DNA of 64,000 nt, from positions 1 to 64,000 of the forward strand of contig JAYFMW010000022.1 in the NCBI GenBank assembly GCA_042408215.1, in the 5' to 3' direction. The DNA is from Microcoleus sp. Its GTDB lineage: Bacteria; Cyanobacteriota; Cyanobacteriia; Cyanobacteriales; Microcoleaceae. How positions within the stretch are numbered: the first letter of the stretch is position 1; every line of letters starts with the position of its first letter. Made by a program: the position numbers and the translations under genes. Positions 9,058 through 18,182 of this stretch are shown one piece after another. The notes beneath the pieces are model-generated. The model saw nothing but the letters and a program-made list of their open reading frames with translations. It was not told where the DNA came from and did no database searches.

Positions 9058-11028
9058 ATGACTAATTTTCAACTGTTGTCGATCGGTAACAATACCATTT
9101 TTCGCCTCGGTCTACGAGTCGCGATCGAGCAGTATCCAGACTTGCAAGTTGTTGCAGAGGCTTCAACTCCAACGGAGGCTTTGCAAGTTCTAGAAGCTCT
9201 GGCGATCGACTCTGGAGAGAGAAAGCCAGCTGATTTGGTAATTTTTGATTTAGAGACGCAAAATTTGCCAGGAGAAAAAATGTCGGTCCTGGCATTTGGC
9301 CAGCAGCTCAAAAGTCTCTACCCGAACCTGCCGCTGTTGCTGTTGGGCGGGCCGAGCCCCCCCACACCAGCTTTGTTAGCCCGCTTACAGCAAGTAGGCG
9401 CAAATGGCTATAGTCCTAAAGGTAGAGATATTTCCGTCACCATTGAAGCTATGCGGTTGGTGGCATCGGGTCAAACTTATTGGCCAATGGATTTGTCAGC
9501 TAGCTCGGAAATAGCGCTGAATGCAGGGATAATTCAAGCAGTCGAAAATTCGGCACTAGGTACCGAGGAAAAAGCAGATTCTCCGACGGTTTCTACACCT
9601 GTAGCCAAAAAATTGTTGGCTTATTTTTGCCTGTCTGGATTGCGACAAATTGATGCGGCTTTGGCGATCGTCAAAGCAGATTTGCAACAGGTAAAAGCGG
9701 CAGATTCGGAAGATTTTACCTCTATTTTGGATGGGGTTGTGTTGAACGGGCATCGCCGAGAATTGCTGGCGGCTCGTTGGATTGTTAGTCAGTTATTGCC
9801 AGAAGAAAGAAGGGAGAAGTCAGAAGTCAGAGGGAAGAGGGAAGAAGGCCCTTCGACGCAGTTTACCCTGAGCCCTTCGACTACGCTCAGGGTAAAAAGA
9901 AGGAATAGGGAAGAAGTCAGAGGGGAGAGGGTATTAACTAATTCTGAATTGGAAGTTGCTAATTCCCAAGTTTTGGTCGAATCTTCGGTGATTGGAAATG
10001 ATTGGCAAGGGAGTTTGTTTGACTCCGTGGCAGCTAAATTGCAGTTAGATTTGGTGAATTTGACTGGCGTACCTTTGGAAATCGATATTTTGCGATCGAC
10101 CAAAAAGCTAGAATTGCTTAGTTCCATCCTACGCAAGTTAAAAGATTTGCTGGAGGAATTGCGCTTGGGGCAAGTGCAGCTAACTCAATTGTCGGAAAAA
10201 ATGCCTGCTATTTTGCGGGATTTGTGGTCAGCGACAATTATAGATTTTTTTGGCAAATACTATACATTGCCAGCCCCAGAAACTCTATTTTTTGAGAGCA
10301 GTCAACCAAGCTTAAAATGGAGAGAAAGTCAAGGGAAAATTGCGGTGGCGGGCAAGGGGCTAGAAGTTGTGCCGGTGCTGCTCGAAGATGCTAGTGCTGT
10401 TGCAGCAGAAATCCTTGACAAAATCCCGATCGCACTTGACTTATTTGCACATTTGCTATTTGAAATTCCCCTAACAGTTGATAATATCTCTTGTCTACCT
10501 GGTAGCCCGCCAGCGATGCAGCGAGCTGAAGCTTTGTTAGAAAATTTGGCAATTCAAGTTGCTAGCGGAGTCATGCAGCCTCTGCTAAATAATTTTGCCT
10601 ATGTTGAGGAAATCAAACAAACTTTTTACGATGGCAAGTTGATTTCGACAAGAGAAATTGAGCGGTTTCGGAATAATTTGTCTTGGAAATATCGCTGGGA
10701 TAGCTATTTTGTGGAACCGAAAGCGATTTTTGAAAGTAGGTTTTGGCTGTATGTTTTGGGCGAGAGGGGAATTCAGAGAATTTCTATTTATGCTCCGAGA
10801 AATCAGGAGTTGGCACAACTTTCTGGATGGCAGTTAGCCTTGACTTTGGTGCTAGAAGCCAGAGATGCGATCGCACCTAGAGTGAGGGCAGTTATTTCGC
10901 TGTTGGGTACTGGTGTTGTTTACGTTTTAACCCAGGTAATTGGGCGGGGAATTGGTTTGATCGGGCGGGGAGTTATTCAGGGTATTGGCAATTCTTTGCA
11001 GGATAGCAAGTTTCGGAAAAATGGGTAA
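9058..11028 (+). CDS. ycf55: Receiver-domain + DUF3685 protein (Ycf55-like)
   Basis: N-terminal REC-like domain; C-terminal STREIERFRNNLSW...AIFESR...GRGIGLIGRGVIQGIG. Confidence 0.82.
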   Translation: MTNFQLLSIGNNTIFRLGLRVAIEQYPDLQVVAEASTPTEALQVLEALAIDSGERKPADLVIFDLETQNLPGEKMSVLAFGQQLKSLYPNLPLLLLGGPSPPTPALLARLQQVGANGYSPKGRDISVTIEAMRLVASGQTYWPMDLSASSEIALNAGIIQAVENSALGTEEKADSPTVSTPVAKKLLAYFCLSGLRQIDAALAIVKADLQQVKAADSEDFTSILDGVVLNGHRRELLAARWIVSQLLPEERREKSEVRGKREEGPSTQFTLSPSTTLRVKRRNREEVRGERVLTNSELEVANSQVLVESSVIGNDWQGSLFDSVAAKLQLDLVNLTGVPLEIDILRSTKKLELLSSILRKLKDLLEELRLGQVQLTQLSEKMPAILRDLWSATIIDFFGKYYTLPAPETLFFESSQPSLKWRESQGKIAVAGKGLEVVPVLLEDASAVAAEILDKIPIALDLFAHLLFEIPLTVDNISCLPGSPPAMQRAEALLENLAIQVASGVMQPLLNNFAYVEEIKQTFYDGKLISTREIERFRNNLSWKYRWDSYFVEPKAIFESRFWLYVLGERGIQRISIYAPRNQELAQLSGWQLALTLVLEARDAIAPRVRAVISLLGTGVVYVLTQVIGRGIGLIGRGVIQGIGNSLQDSKFRKNG

Positions 11029-11068
11029 TGAGTCATTAGTCATTAGTCATTAGTCATTAGTTATTAGT
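11027..11068. repeat. STRR heptamer tract (gtcatta)
   Basis: Tandem 7-mers. Confidence 0.85.
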
Positions 11069-11121
11069 ATGGTAAAATGTTGGCTGGTGATGCTAGTATA
11101 ACTAAATGCTAGAAAGTTGAC

Positions 11122-11186
11122 AATCAAGCATTCAGGGTACAAAGTCCCCGGATTCATCGGTGGGATCAATCTAAAATAGGCTTGAC
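11122..11186 (+). mobile_element. Short TGAC-bounded hairpin element, same family as 34959-35113
   Basis: ttgac|aatc..ggtacaaagtccccggattcatcggtggg..aatctaaaat..ttgac. Confidence 0.55.
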
Positions 11187-11191
11187 ATTTT

Positions 11192-11677
11192 ATGAGTATT
11201 ATGGTATCGATCAATGCCCAGCATATAAACAATTTAGATTTGTCTCCAGTGCAGACAGTAATTGACAAGTGGCTGGCCCAAGGGGCGATCGCCCAAAACG
11301 AACAACAGCTACAATTTGAAATAGAGTATCCGCGCGAAGAGTTCGATCCGCGAGAAATTTCCGAAATCCCAGAAGTGCGCCTGTGGTTTATTCGCTTGGA
11401 TTCCTGTTATCCTTGGCTGCCTTTTTTGCTGGATTGGAAAACCGGGGAATTAGCCCGCTATGCGGCGATGTTGGTGCCGCACCAATTCCACCGCAGTGAA
11501 GGAATTCAGTACAACCCTGAAGCTTTGGAAATGTTTTTGATGCACAAAATATTTGTGTTGACTGATTGGTTAAATCAGCAGGGAATTCCTAGTAAATCGA
11601 AGTTGATGGCGATGTCGCAGATGTTTGGTTACGATTTGGAAGAGGCTTTTTTTGATGTGATTGTGCCCCATAAATAA
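11192..11677 (+). CDS. CRR6 family NdhI maturation factor (DUF1817)
   Basis: DPREISEIPEVRLWFIRLD..YPWLP..LARYAAMLVPHQF. Confidence 0.85.
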   Translation: MSIMVSINAQHINNLDLSPVQTVIDKWLAQGAIAQNEQQLQFEIEYPREEFDPREISEIPEVRLWFIRLDSCYPWLPFLLDWKTGELARYAAMLVPHQFHRSEGIQYNPEALEMFLMHKIFVLTDWLNQQGIPSKSKLMAMSQMFGYDLEEAFFDVIVPHK

Positions 11678-11852
11678 TACCAAAGGGGTATGGAAATTCA
11701 ACAACCGTAGCAGTATGTTTGGAACTATTAGTGTCAACTTTCCAGGTAACACCCGCAGGTAACACCAGTAGTCCGGCTCTTGTTTAAACAAGAGCCGGTA
11801 TTTGCGGGTAAGCGGTATTTCGGATTATCGCTTGTTTTACAGAGTAGATACT

Positions 11853-11918
11853 GTAGGGTGCGTCGCGATCGATCATCTATGCTTTGAAGTGGAAAAATCT
11901 CGCAGCGACGCACCCTAC
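11853..11918. repeat. REP-like inverted repeat GTAGGGTGCGTC
   Basis: gtagggtgcgtcgc...gcgacgcaccctac; related copies near 35297, 55515 and 55925. Confidence 0.75.
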
Positions 11919-12018
11919 CTCATACTCTAGAGTAAATCCTCTTCATAATTTCCTCAGAATTGGGCGTTAGTGTAAAAAGAGAACGATCGCCCGATTCAAT
12001 CGATCGAGGAAACACTCT

Positions 12019-13551
12019 ATGAAAACAGATTACCTCATCGTCGGCAGTGGTTTATCAGCACTGGTTTTTGGCGCCTTGATGGCAAATTCTGGCAAAACCG
12101 TCCAAATCCTCGAAGCCCATGAACATCCGGGAGGCTTTGGTCACACCTTTACGATGGCCAAAAAATACACGTTTAATGCCCAATTTCACTACGTGTGGGA
12201 TTGCGGCGAAGGACATACTGTCAATCGCGTACTCAAAAAACTCGGTTTGGATCGGGATGTCACCTTTGAACGTTACGATCCGAAGGGCTTCGATCATATG
12301 AAAATGCCGGGGTATTCCCTAGAAATTCCCTCGGAATCAGCAGAATTGACCCGCAGATTGTCCGCGCTGTTTCCTGAAGATGCCGATCGAATTTCCAAAT
12401 TTGTCAAGGAAGTTGAAAAGACAGCCGCAGGGTTGAAAAAACTCGCTCCTCCCATCAAACCGGCTGAATTACTCAAACATTTCAGTGAGGTATTTTGTGC
12501 CATCCAATATCTCAACAGTACGCTTCAGGATGTTTTCGACAAATTCAAACTTCCGCAAGCAGCCCAAACCTTATTAGCCCTGCAATGGCCTGATTTTTTA
12601 CTGCCACCAAATCAACTTTCTTTCTATGCATGGATTGCCTTATTTAGAGGCTATCAAGAAGGTGCATTTTACCCAACCAAACATTTTGAATATGCGATCA
12701 ATTCCTTAGTTAAAGTCATTGAATCCCACGGGGGGAAAGTTCTACTAAACCATGAAGTTACGAATTTTCGGGTGACAGATAGAACGGTAACGGGAGTTGA
12801 AGCAATGGATTTAACAACCCATCAAACCCATGAATTCACCGGCGACACCGTGATTTGCAACCTAGACCCGAAAAAAGCAGCCAAGATGATTGGTGAGGAA
12901 CTGTTCTCTAAAACAGTGCGGCGGAAACTCAATTATGAGTATTCTGCATCGAACTACATGGCCTACTGCGTTGTCAAAGATATCGATCTCCGAGACTATG
13001 GATTTGGGAAGTGGAATACCTTTCATTCAGGACATCAGGATTTGAATCAAGCATTTGCTCAAATGTATGAACAAAATGACTTTTCTAATCCCAGTTTTGC
13101 CATCACAACACCCACTTTACTGACAGACGCAGGTCGGGATTGTCCAGATGATTGTCAAATTGTTGAATTTCTGACTGTTGCTAATTACAGTTATTTTAAG
13201 CAACTCTGGGATAGCGATCGCAAAGCTTATCGAAAGAAGAAACAAGAGATTTTAGATGCAATTTTAGACGTGGTTGAGAAACACTACGTTCCGAATTTCC
13301 GAAAACACATGGTCTTTCATATTACTGGAAGTCCCACTACTAACGAACGCTTTTGCAGGTGTCCTAATGGCAATTCCTACGGTTCTAGCTTGACGCCCCG
13401 CAACATGGGAGTCGATCGGCTAAATCACGAAACATCTCTCAACAATTTCTATTTCTGCAACGCCTCATCCGGCTACCCAGGATTTGCTCCGACATTTTGG
13501 ACAGGGGCGCTGTTGTATCAACGTTTATCAGGCGATGCGATTTTAGGTTGA
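12019..13551 (+). CDS. Phytoene dehydrogenase-like NAD(P)/FAD-dependent oxidoreductase
   Basis: IVGSGLSAL..LEAHEHPGG Rossmann motif; GSPTTNERF..GNSYG. Confidence 0.85.
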   Translation: MKTDYLIVGSGLSALVFGALMANSGKTVQILEAHEHPGGFGHTFTMAKKYTFNAQFHYVWDCGEGHTVNRVLKKLGLDRDVTFERYDPKGFDHMKMPGYSLEIPSESAELTRRLSALFPEDADRISKFVKEVEKTAAGLKKLAPPIKPAELLKHFSEVFCAIQYLNSTLQDVFDKFKLPQAAQTLLALQWPDFLLPPNQLSFYAWIALFRGYQEGAFYPTKHFEYAINSLVKVIESHGGKVLLNHEVTNFRVTDRTVTGVEAMDLTTHQTHEFTGDTVICNLDPKKAAKMIGEELFSKTVRRKLNYEYSASNYMAYCVVKDIDLRDYGFGKWNTFHSGHQDLNQAFAQMYEQNDFSNPSFAITTPTLLTDAGRDCPDDCQIVEFLTVANYSYFKQLWDSDRKAYRKKKQEILDAILDVVEKHYVPNFRKHMVFHITGSPTTNERFCRCPNGNSYGSSLTPRNMGVDRLNHETSLNNFYFCNASSGYPGFAPTFWTGALLYQRLSGDAILG

Positions 13552-13648
13552 CAAATTAAGACTGAAACCCATAATAAATGTCGTTTTTAGTCGAGTCTAG
13601 ATCCCCCTAAATCCCCCTTAAGAAGGGGGACTCTGAGAATACTCTTAT

Positions 13649-14110
13649 CCCCCCCTTATGAAGGGGGGTTAGGGGGGATCCGATCCAACCTGGTAACGAG
13701 AAAACTAGAAACAGCTTCTAGTCCCCCCCTTATTAAGGGGGGTTAGGGGGGATCGGAGCCAACCTAGGAACGAGAAAAAAGGTTCTTGTTCCCCCCTTAA
13801 GAAGGGGGGTTAGGGGGGATCTGATCCAACCTGGTAACGAGAAAACTAGAAACAGCTTCTAGTCCCCCCCTTATTAAGGGGGGTTAGGGGGGATCTGATC
13901 CAACCTGGTAACGAGAAAACTAGAAACAGCTTCTAGTCCCCCCCTTATTAAGGGGGGTTAGGGGGGATCGGAGCCAACCTAGGAACGAGAAAACTAGAAA
14001 CAGCTTCTAGTCCCCCCCTTATTAAGGGGGGTTAGGGGGGATCGGAGCCAACCTAGGAACGAGAAAAAAGGTTCTTGTTCCCCCCTTATTAAGGGGGGTT
14101 AGGGGGGATC
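13649..14110. repeat. Array of 7 hairpin repeats (~31-32 bp) with 36-42-bp related, mosaic spacers; not CRISPR
   Basis: cccccccttattaaggggggttaggggggatc x7. Confidence 0.9.
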
Positions 14111-14181
14111 TGATCCATCTCAACAACAGCTCTTAAGCATTCGATGATTAATGTTCCATTCTATCAATTTAGGAGAGAACC

Positions 14182-15396
14182 ATGAGAATTGCAATTGTTG
14201 GGGGCGGAGCTAGTGGTATGGCCGCAGCCTACTGGCTCGATAAACAGAAGCATCATGTTACAGTGTTTGAAAAACAGCCAATTTTAGGCGGACATATTCG
14301 GACACTCAATAAAAACGTTGCGCCCAATCAATCTGAGTGCAATGAAATATTAGAAAATGGGGTGCTAGAATTTCCGACAGTGTTTTATAATTTCGTCGCT
14401 CTCATGCAAGAACTAGGAGTTGAATTAGAGCCTGTGCAGATTGGTTCTTCGCTGTTTTTTAAAGACGGCCGCCACTTTTTATCAAAAGTCGCAATTCAGA
14501 AAAACTTCACGGGAATTCAACGCCTGAACGAATATTTGCGGCTCGATGCTCTCTATGCTCGTTCCGCTGGATTCTTGATGAAAATGCGATTTTATCAAAC
14601 GCACGATTTTTACGATCGGCCACTGTCTCAGCCTTTAAAAAGCTCCTGTACCCGTAATACTTGGCTCAAGTTGCTGACGATGTATAGCTACTCAATACCT
14701 TTTGAAATAATCAACAATTTTCCGGCAGAGTTGGCGATTCCCATGCTACGGGAATATGCCTCAGTTAACTGGGTAAGGATTAAAGGTGGCGTGTATTCTT
14801 ACATTGAAAAGATTTTAGAGCGCTTTCGGGGTGAGATTTGGGAGAATCTGGAGATTGGGAGTATTTTTAGAGACGGTGATGGTGTAAAAATTGTGCTGTC
14901 TAGTGGGGAGATTCAGGAGTTTGATCGGGTTGTTTTTGCAACTCCTCCCGATCAGATCATGAGGCTGTTGTCTGACCCTACGGATGCGGAAATCAAGCGG
15001 TTTTCAGCGTGGCAAGCCAATTATGCAACAACTTTGCTCCATGCGGATACTTCAATGTACGATCGCTATGGCATCCGCAAGTTATCAGAATTTGATTTTT
15101 TTGAGAAGGACAACGGATGGGGCTATAATGCTAGTTTAAATCAGCTTTGTGGCATCTCATCTGTAAGGGAATATAGTTTAGCATTTCAACTGGATGAATT
15201 GATTTCAAAAGAGCACATTATTCACATTCAGAAACATCACACGCCGTTATATACAGTGGATTCTTTCCGATATCGAGATGAAATTCTGGCGACGAATGGG
15301 GAGAACAACACTTATCATGCGGGGGCTTATTTGGGGGATGGTTTGCATGAAGGAGCGATTACCTCTGCTTTGCGAGTCGCTAAATTAATCGGGTGA
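14182..15396 (+). CDS. FAD-dependent oxidoreductase (amine oxidase-like)
   Basis: RIAIVGGGASGMAAA, GGHIRT, YHAGAYLGDGLHEGA. Confidence 0.85.
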   Translation: MRIAIVGGGASGMAAAYWLDKQKHHVTVFEKQPILGGHIRTLNKNVAPNQSECNEILENGVLEFPTVFYNFVALMQELGVELEPVQIGSSLFFKDGRHFLSKVAIQKNFTGIQRLNEYLRLDALYARSAGFLMKMRFYQTHDFYDRPLSQPLKSSCTRNTWLKLLTMYSYSIPFEIINNFPAELAIPMLREYASVNWVRIKGGVYSYIEKILERFRGEIWENLEIGSIFRDGDGVKIVLSSGEIQEFDRVVFATPPDQIMRLLSDPTDAEIKRFSAWQANYATTLLHADTSMYDRYGIRKLSEFDFFEKDNGWGYNASLNQLCGISSVREYSLAFQLDELISKEHIIHIQKHHTPLYTVDSFRYRDEILATNGENNTYHAGAYLGDGLHEGAITSALRVAKLIG

Positions 15397-15643
15397 TCTC
15401 AATGGTGATGCTACCAACTTCGGGGTTGAGAGTAATTTCAGACATTGCGCCGACATTGTGCATCAGAGGAATTTATGGGATCTGCCTAACGGTAGATGCT
15501 ATGGGTTCAAAACATAGTTGATAACATACTAAAGATCGTAGGAAGCTGACCGCGAGTAATATTTGTGTGAGGCAACCTCCTCTATTTGCAGTTAGGCAGA
15601 TGTTTCAATCTATGTTATAATGAGTCAAAATTGAGGAGTCATT

Positions 15644-15760
15644 ATGTCAAAAGAGAAAAAAAGCAACAAAGAAGTCAAAAAGCCAAAGAAACAGCCTGAT
15701 GGTGTGGCTAAGCCGAAGGATGACAAGAAAAATTATGGTGGCACCGACGGCCGCAAGTAG
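15644..15760 (+). CDS. 38-aa Lys-rich small protein (not in the ORF track)
   Basis: MSKEKKSNKEVKKPKKQPDGVAKPKDDKKNYGGTDGRK; RBS gaggag and extended -10 TGtTATAAT directly upstream. Confidence 0.65.
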   Translation: MSKEKKSNKEVKKPKKQPDGVAKPKDDKKNYGGTDGRK

Positions 15761-16028
15761 AGATAGCAGCCACTCTCGGAGTTGCGATTAATTTTGTTCA
15801 ATTTTTATGACGTTCAATCTTTAACAAATTTTAATATCCTATTTTGGGATATGTGGTTGGTAAGACCGATACTGTGTCGATCGAAATTTCTGACACCTAC
15901 CCTCCACCCGGTATACCACCGGCAGAGGCTGCGTCATCCAGATTTTCGATCGTATTTTTGGGTATTTACCAACAAAAGTTCTGGTAAATACCGCAAAATT
16001 TCCTTCTAATCACAAACAGTCCTACAGT

Positions 16029-16946
16029 TCAACCAGTGACAGTGGTTTCCGTTTGCCAAGCTGAGACAGCGATCGCCGTAGTGAAGCAGAAATAGCGGCT
16101 CACCGATTCCGACAATGTTGCTCCCACTAAGATAGTACCATCACAGTTGGTTCCGATTAAGCTTGCTTCCCTCAAGTCGGCGTAGCTCAAGTCGGCGTAG
16201 CACAGCTTGGCCCAATCGAGGTTTGCTTGTACCAAAGAAACTCCCGCCAGATTCGCCCTGGTTAAATTTGCTCTCGTCAACTTGACATTCCGCAACTGAG
16301 ATCCGCTGAGATTGGCGGCTACCAAGTTTGAGCCTTCTAAGTTGACGCCGTTGAGTTTTGCTTCGCTGAGGTTGACGCCATTGAGATCGGTCCCGCTCAA
16401 GTCGATGCCGTTGATGTATGCTTTTCTGAGACAGATGCCTGTTAGTTCGGCACCAAAGAGCATCGCACCGCTGAGTTTTGCCCCCCTTAAGTTGGCCCAG
16501 TTAAGGTTGGCTCCGGTGAGGTTCGCGCCCCGCAGGTTGATGAATTGCAGGTCAGCATTACACAAATTGGCGTTCCAGAGGATGGCGCTCCGCAGGTTGC
16601 TACCGATGAGTTGAGCGCCGCTCAGCTTGGCTCTTGGCAGTTTTGCTTTGACTAGGAAAGCTCCGCTGAGATTGGTTTTCGTCAGCTCGGCCTCCGCTAG
16701 TCTGACTTCGCCCATTTTGGCAAAACCCAGATTTGCTCTGTGAAGGTTAGCGCCGTTGAGTTGTGCTTTGGTGAGATGGGCCCGACTCAGGTTAGCTCCC
16801 AACAGGTTAGCGTTTGAAAGGTTTATTCCAACCAAGATGGCTCCGCTGAGGTTGGCTCCGCTGAGGTTGACGCCTGCAAAGTCTCTTTTGCCATTTTCGT
16901 AGTCTTTGAGCAGCTCGGTTACTTCCATAGAAGTCTGATTCTCCAT
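16029..16946 (-). CDS. Pentapeptide repeat protein
   Basis: Y..GKRDF start followed by A(N/D)LxG repeats. Confidence 0.93.
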   Translation of the reverse strand: MENQTSMEVTELLKDYENGKRDFAGVNLSGANLSGAILVGINLSNANLLGANLSRAHLTKAQLNGANLHRANLGFAKMGEVRLAEAELTKTNLSGAFLVKAKLPRAKLSGAQLIGSNLRSAILWNANLCNADLQFINLRGANLTGANLNWANLRGAKLSGAMLFGAELTGICLRKAYINGIDLSGTDLNGVNLSEAKLNGVNLEGSNLVAANLSGSQLRNVKLTRANLTRANLAGVSLVQANLDWAKLCYADLSYADLREASLIGTNCDGTILVGATLSESVSRYFCFTTAIAVSAWQTETTVTG

Positions 16947-17228
16947 AGCTGAAATTTATCTAGAAATATGAACTCTTGATAAATATTTTATATTTAAATC
17001 TTATATCTAATGGAGCGATCGCGATCGCACTTTGCAGAATCCTGAAAATTAACTTGATATTTATGAATATATGTGATTTTTTGTAATTTTTTATTAAGAG
17101 TTTGGGGAGAATAATTAGACTCGGAGCGATCGCGGTAAGTATAAATATCCTAGGTTTTGAGCGGCCGATCGCGAACCGCTGGGAAAGGGGAAACAATCCA
17201 AAAAATCTAGTTCGATCGCCCAAATCGA

Positions 17229-17906
17229 TCAAAGCGAGATCTCAGTCACCGCAATATTGCCCCCAAAACAGACATCAACATCAGTCCCCGCAGCCCGATC
17301 GCGCTTGCCGTATTCTCCAACATAATGAAAGTATTCTCCCTCCCTGCGGTATACCACCGGCAAAGGCTGAGTCGAAGGCCGACAAAACACAATTTCCGGT
17401 TCCGCACTTCCGGGAGCTAAATGCGGCAAATTCACATTCCAGAAACACCCAGACTTAGATTCGCGATTGAGCAAATCCGCCAATACCCGCGATGTCCAAC
17501 GAGTCGCAATTTCCCAGTCTATTTCCAGGGGCTTTTTAATCCAGTGGGAAATGGCGATGCCGGGAATGCCGTGCATTGCAGCTTCCCGCACGGCGGCAAC
17601 GGTACCAGAAATGTACACATCAACGCCCAAATTGCCACCAGCATTAATGCCCGAAAGTACCAAATCTGGTTTTGGACAAAGGTGATTGAGGGCGATGCGA
17701 ACACAATCTGCCGGTGTTCCCCCTACAGCATATTCAAATTCCGATCGGCGATCGACATGAATCGGACTGTGAGCCGTCACCTGATGCCCACAGCCGGACA
17801 ATTGCCCTTGAGGAGCCACCATCATAGTCTTGCCGCTTACCGCCTGCAAAAGAGCCTGAATGCCCGGAGCATCTATGCCGTCGTCGTTGGTTAAAATTAT
17901 GGTCAT
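17229..17906 (-). CDS. surE: 5'/3'-nucleotidase SurE
   Basis: LTNDDGIDAPG, GTPADCV, SGINAGGN, SGTVAA; start moved to MTIILTN. Confidence 0.92.
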   Translation of the reverse strand: MTIILTNDDGIDAPGIQALLQAVSGKTMMVAPQGQLSGCGHQVTAHSPIHVDRRSEFEYAVGGTPADCVRIALNHLCPKPDLVLSGINAGGNLGVDVYISGTVAAVREAAMHGIPGIAISHWIKKPLEIDWEIATRWTSRVLADLLNRESKSGCFWNVNLPHLAPGSAEPEIVFCRPSTQPLPVVYRREGEYFHYVGEYGKRDRAAGTDVDVCFGGNIAVTEISL

Positions 17907-18182
17907 TATTAAAAATTTGCTGAACTTTCGATAACTTACATCTTGCCTGATTTCGGCAACGGACTCTCCGGCTCGTTCCACCATATAAAGTTCTCAAGAA
18001 AGTGAGGTATGCTATCAGGCCCGATGCTATAAGGCCCGATGCCCTAAAAGCGAATAATCCCAAAATCCCTAGAACACATCAACGAACTTGTGGTAAAGTT
18101 TTGTGTCGATCGCCCGTTAGCGGAGCCCTCGAAGAGGATCGGTCAAATCTCAATGCAAGTTCAGTTAAACGCGCCTACAGCA

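Noticed and set aside
13649..14110. CRISPR array
   Set aside because: Spacers are repetitive mosaics, the repeat is a dispersed genomic hairpin family, and no cas genes are in the window
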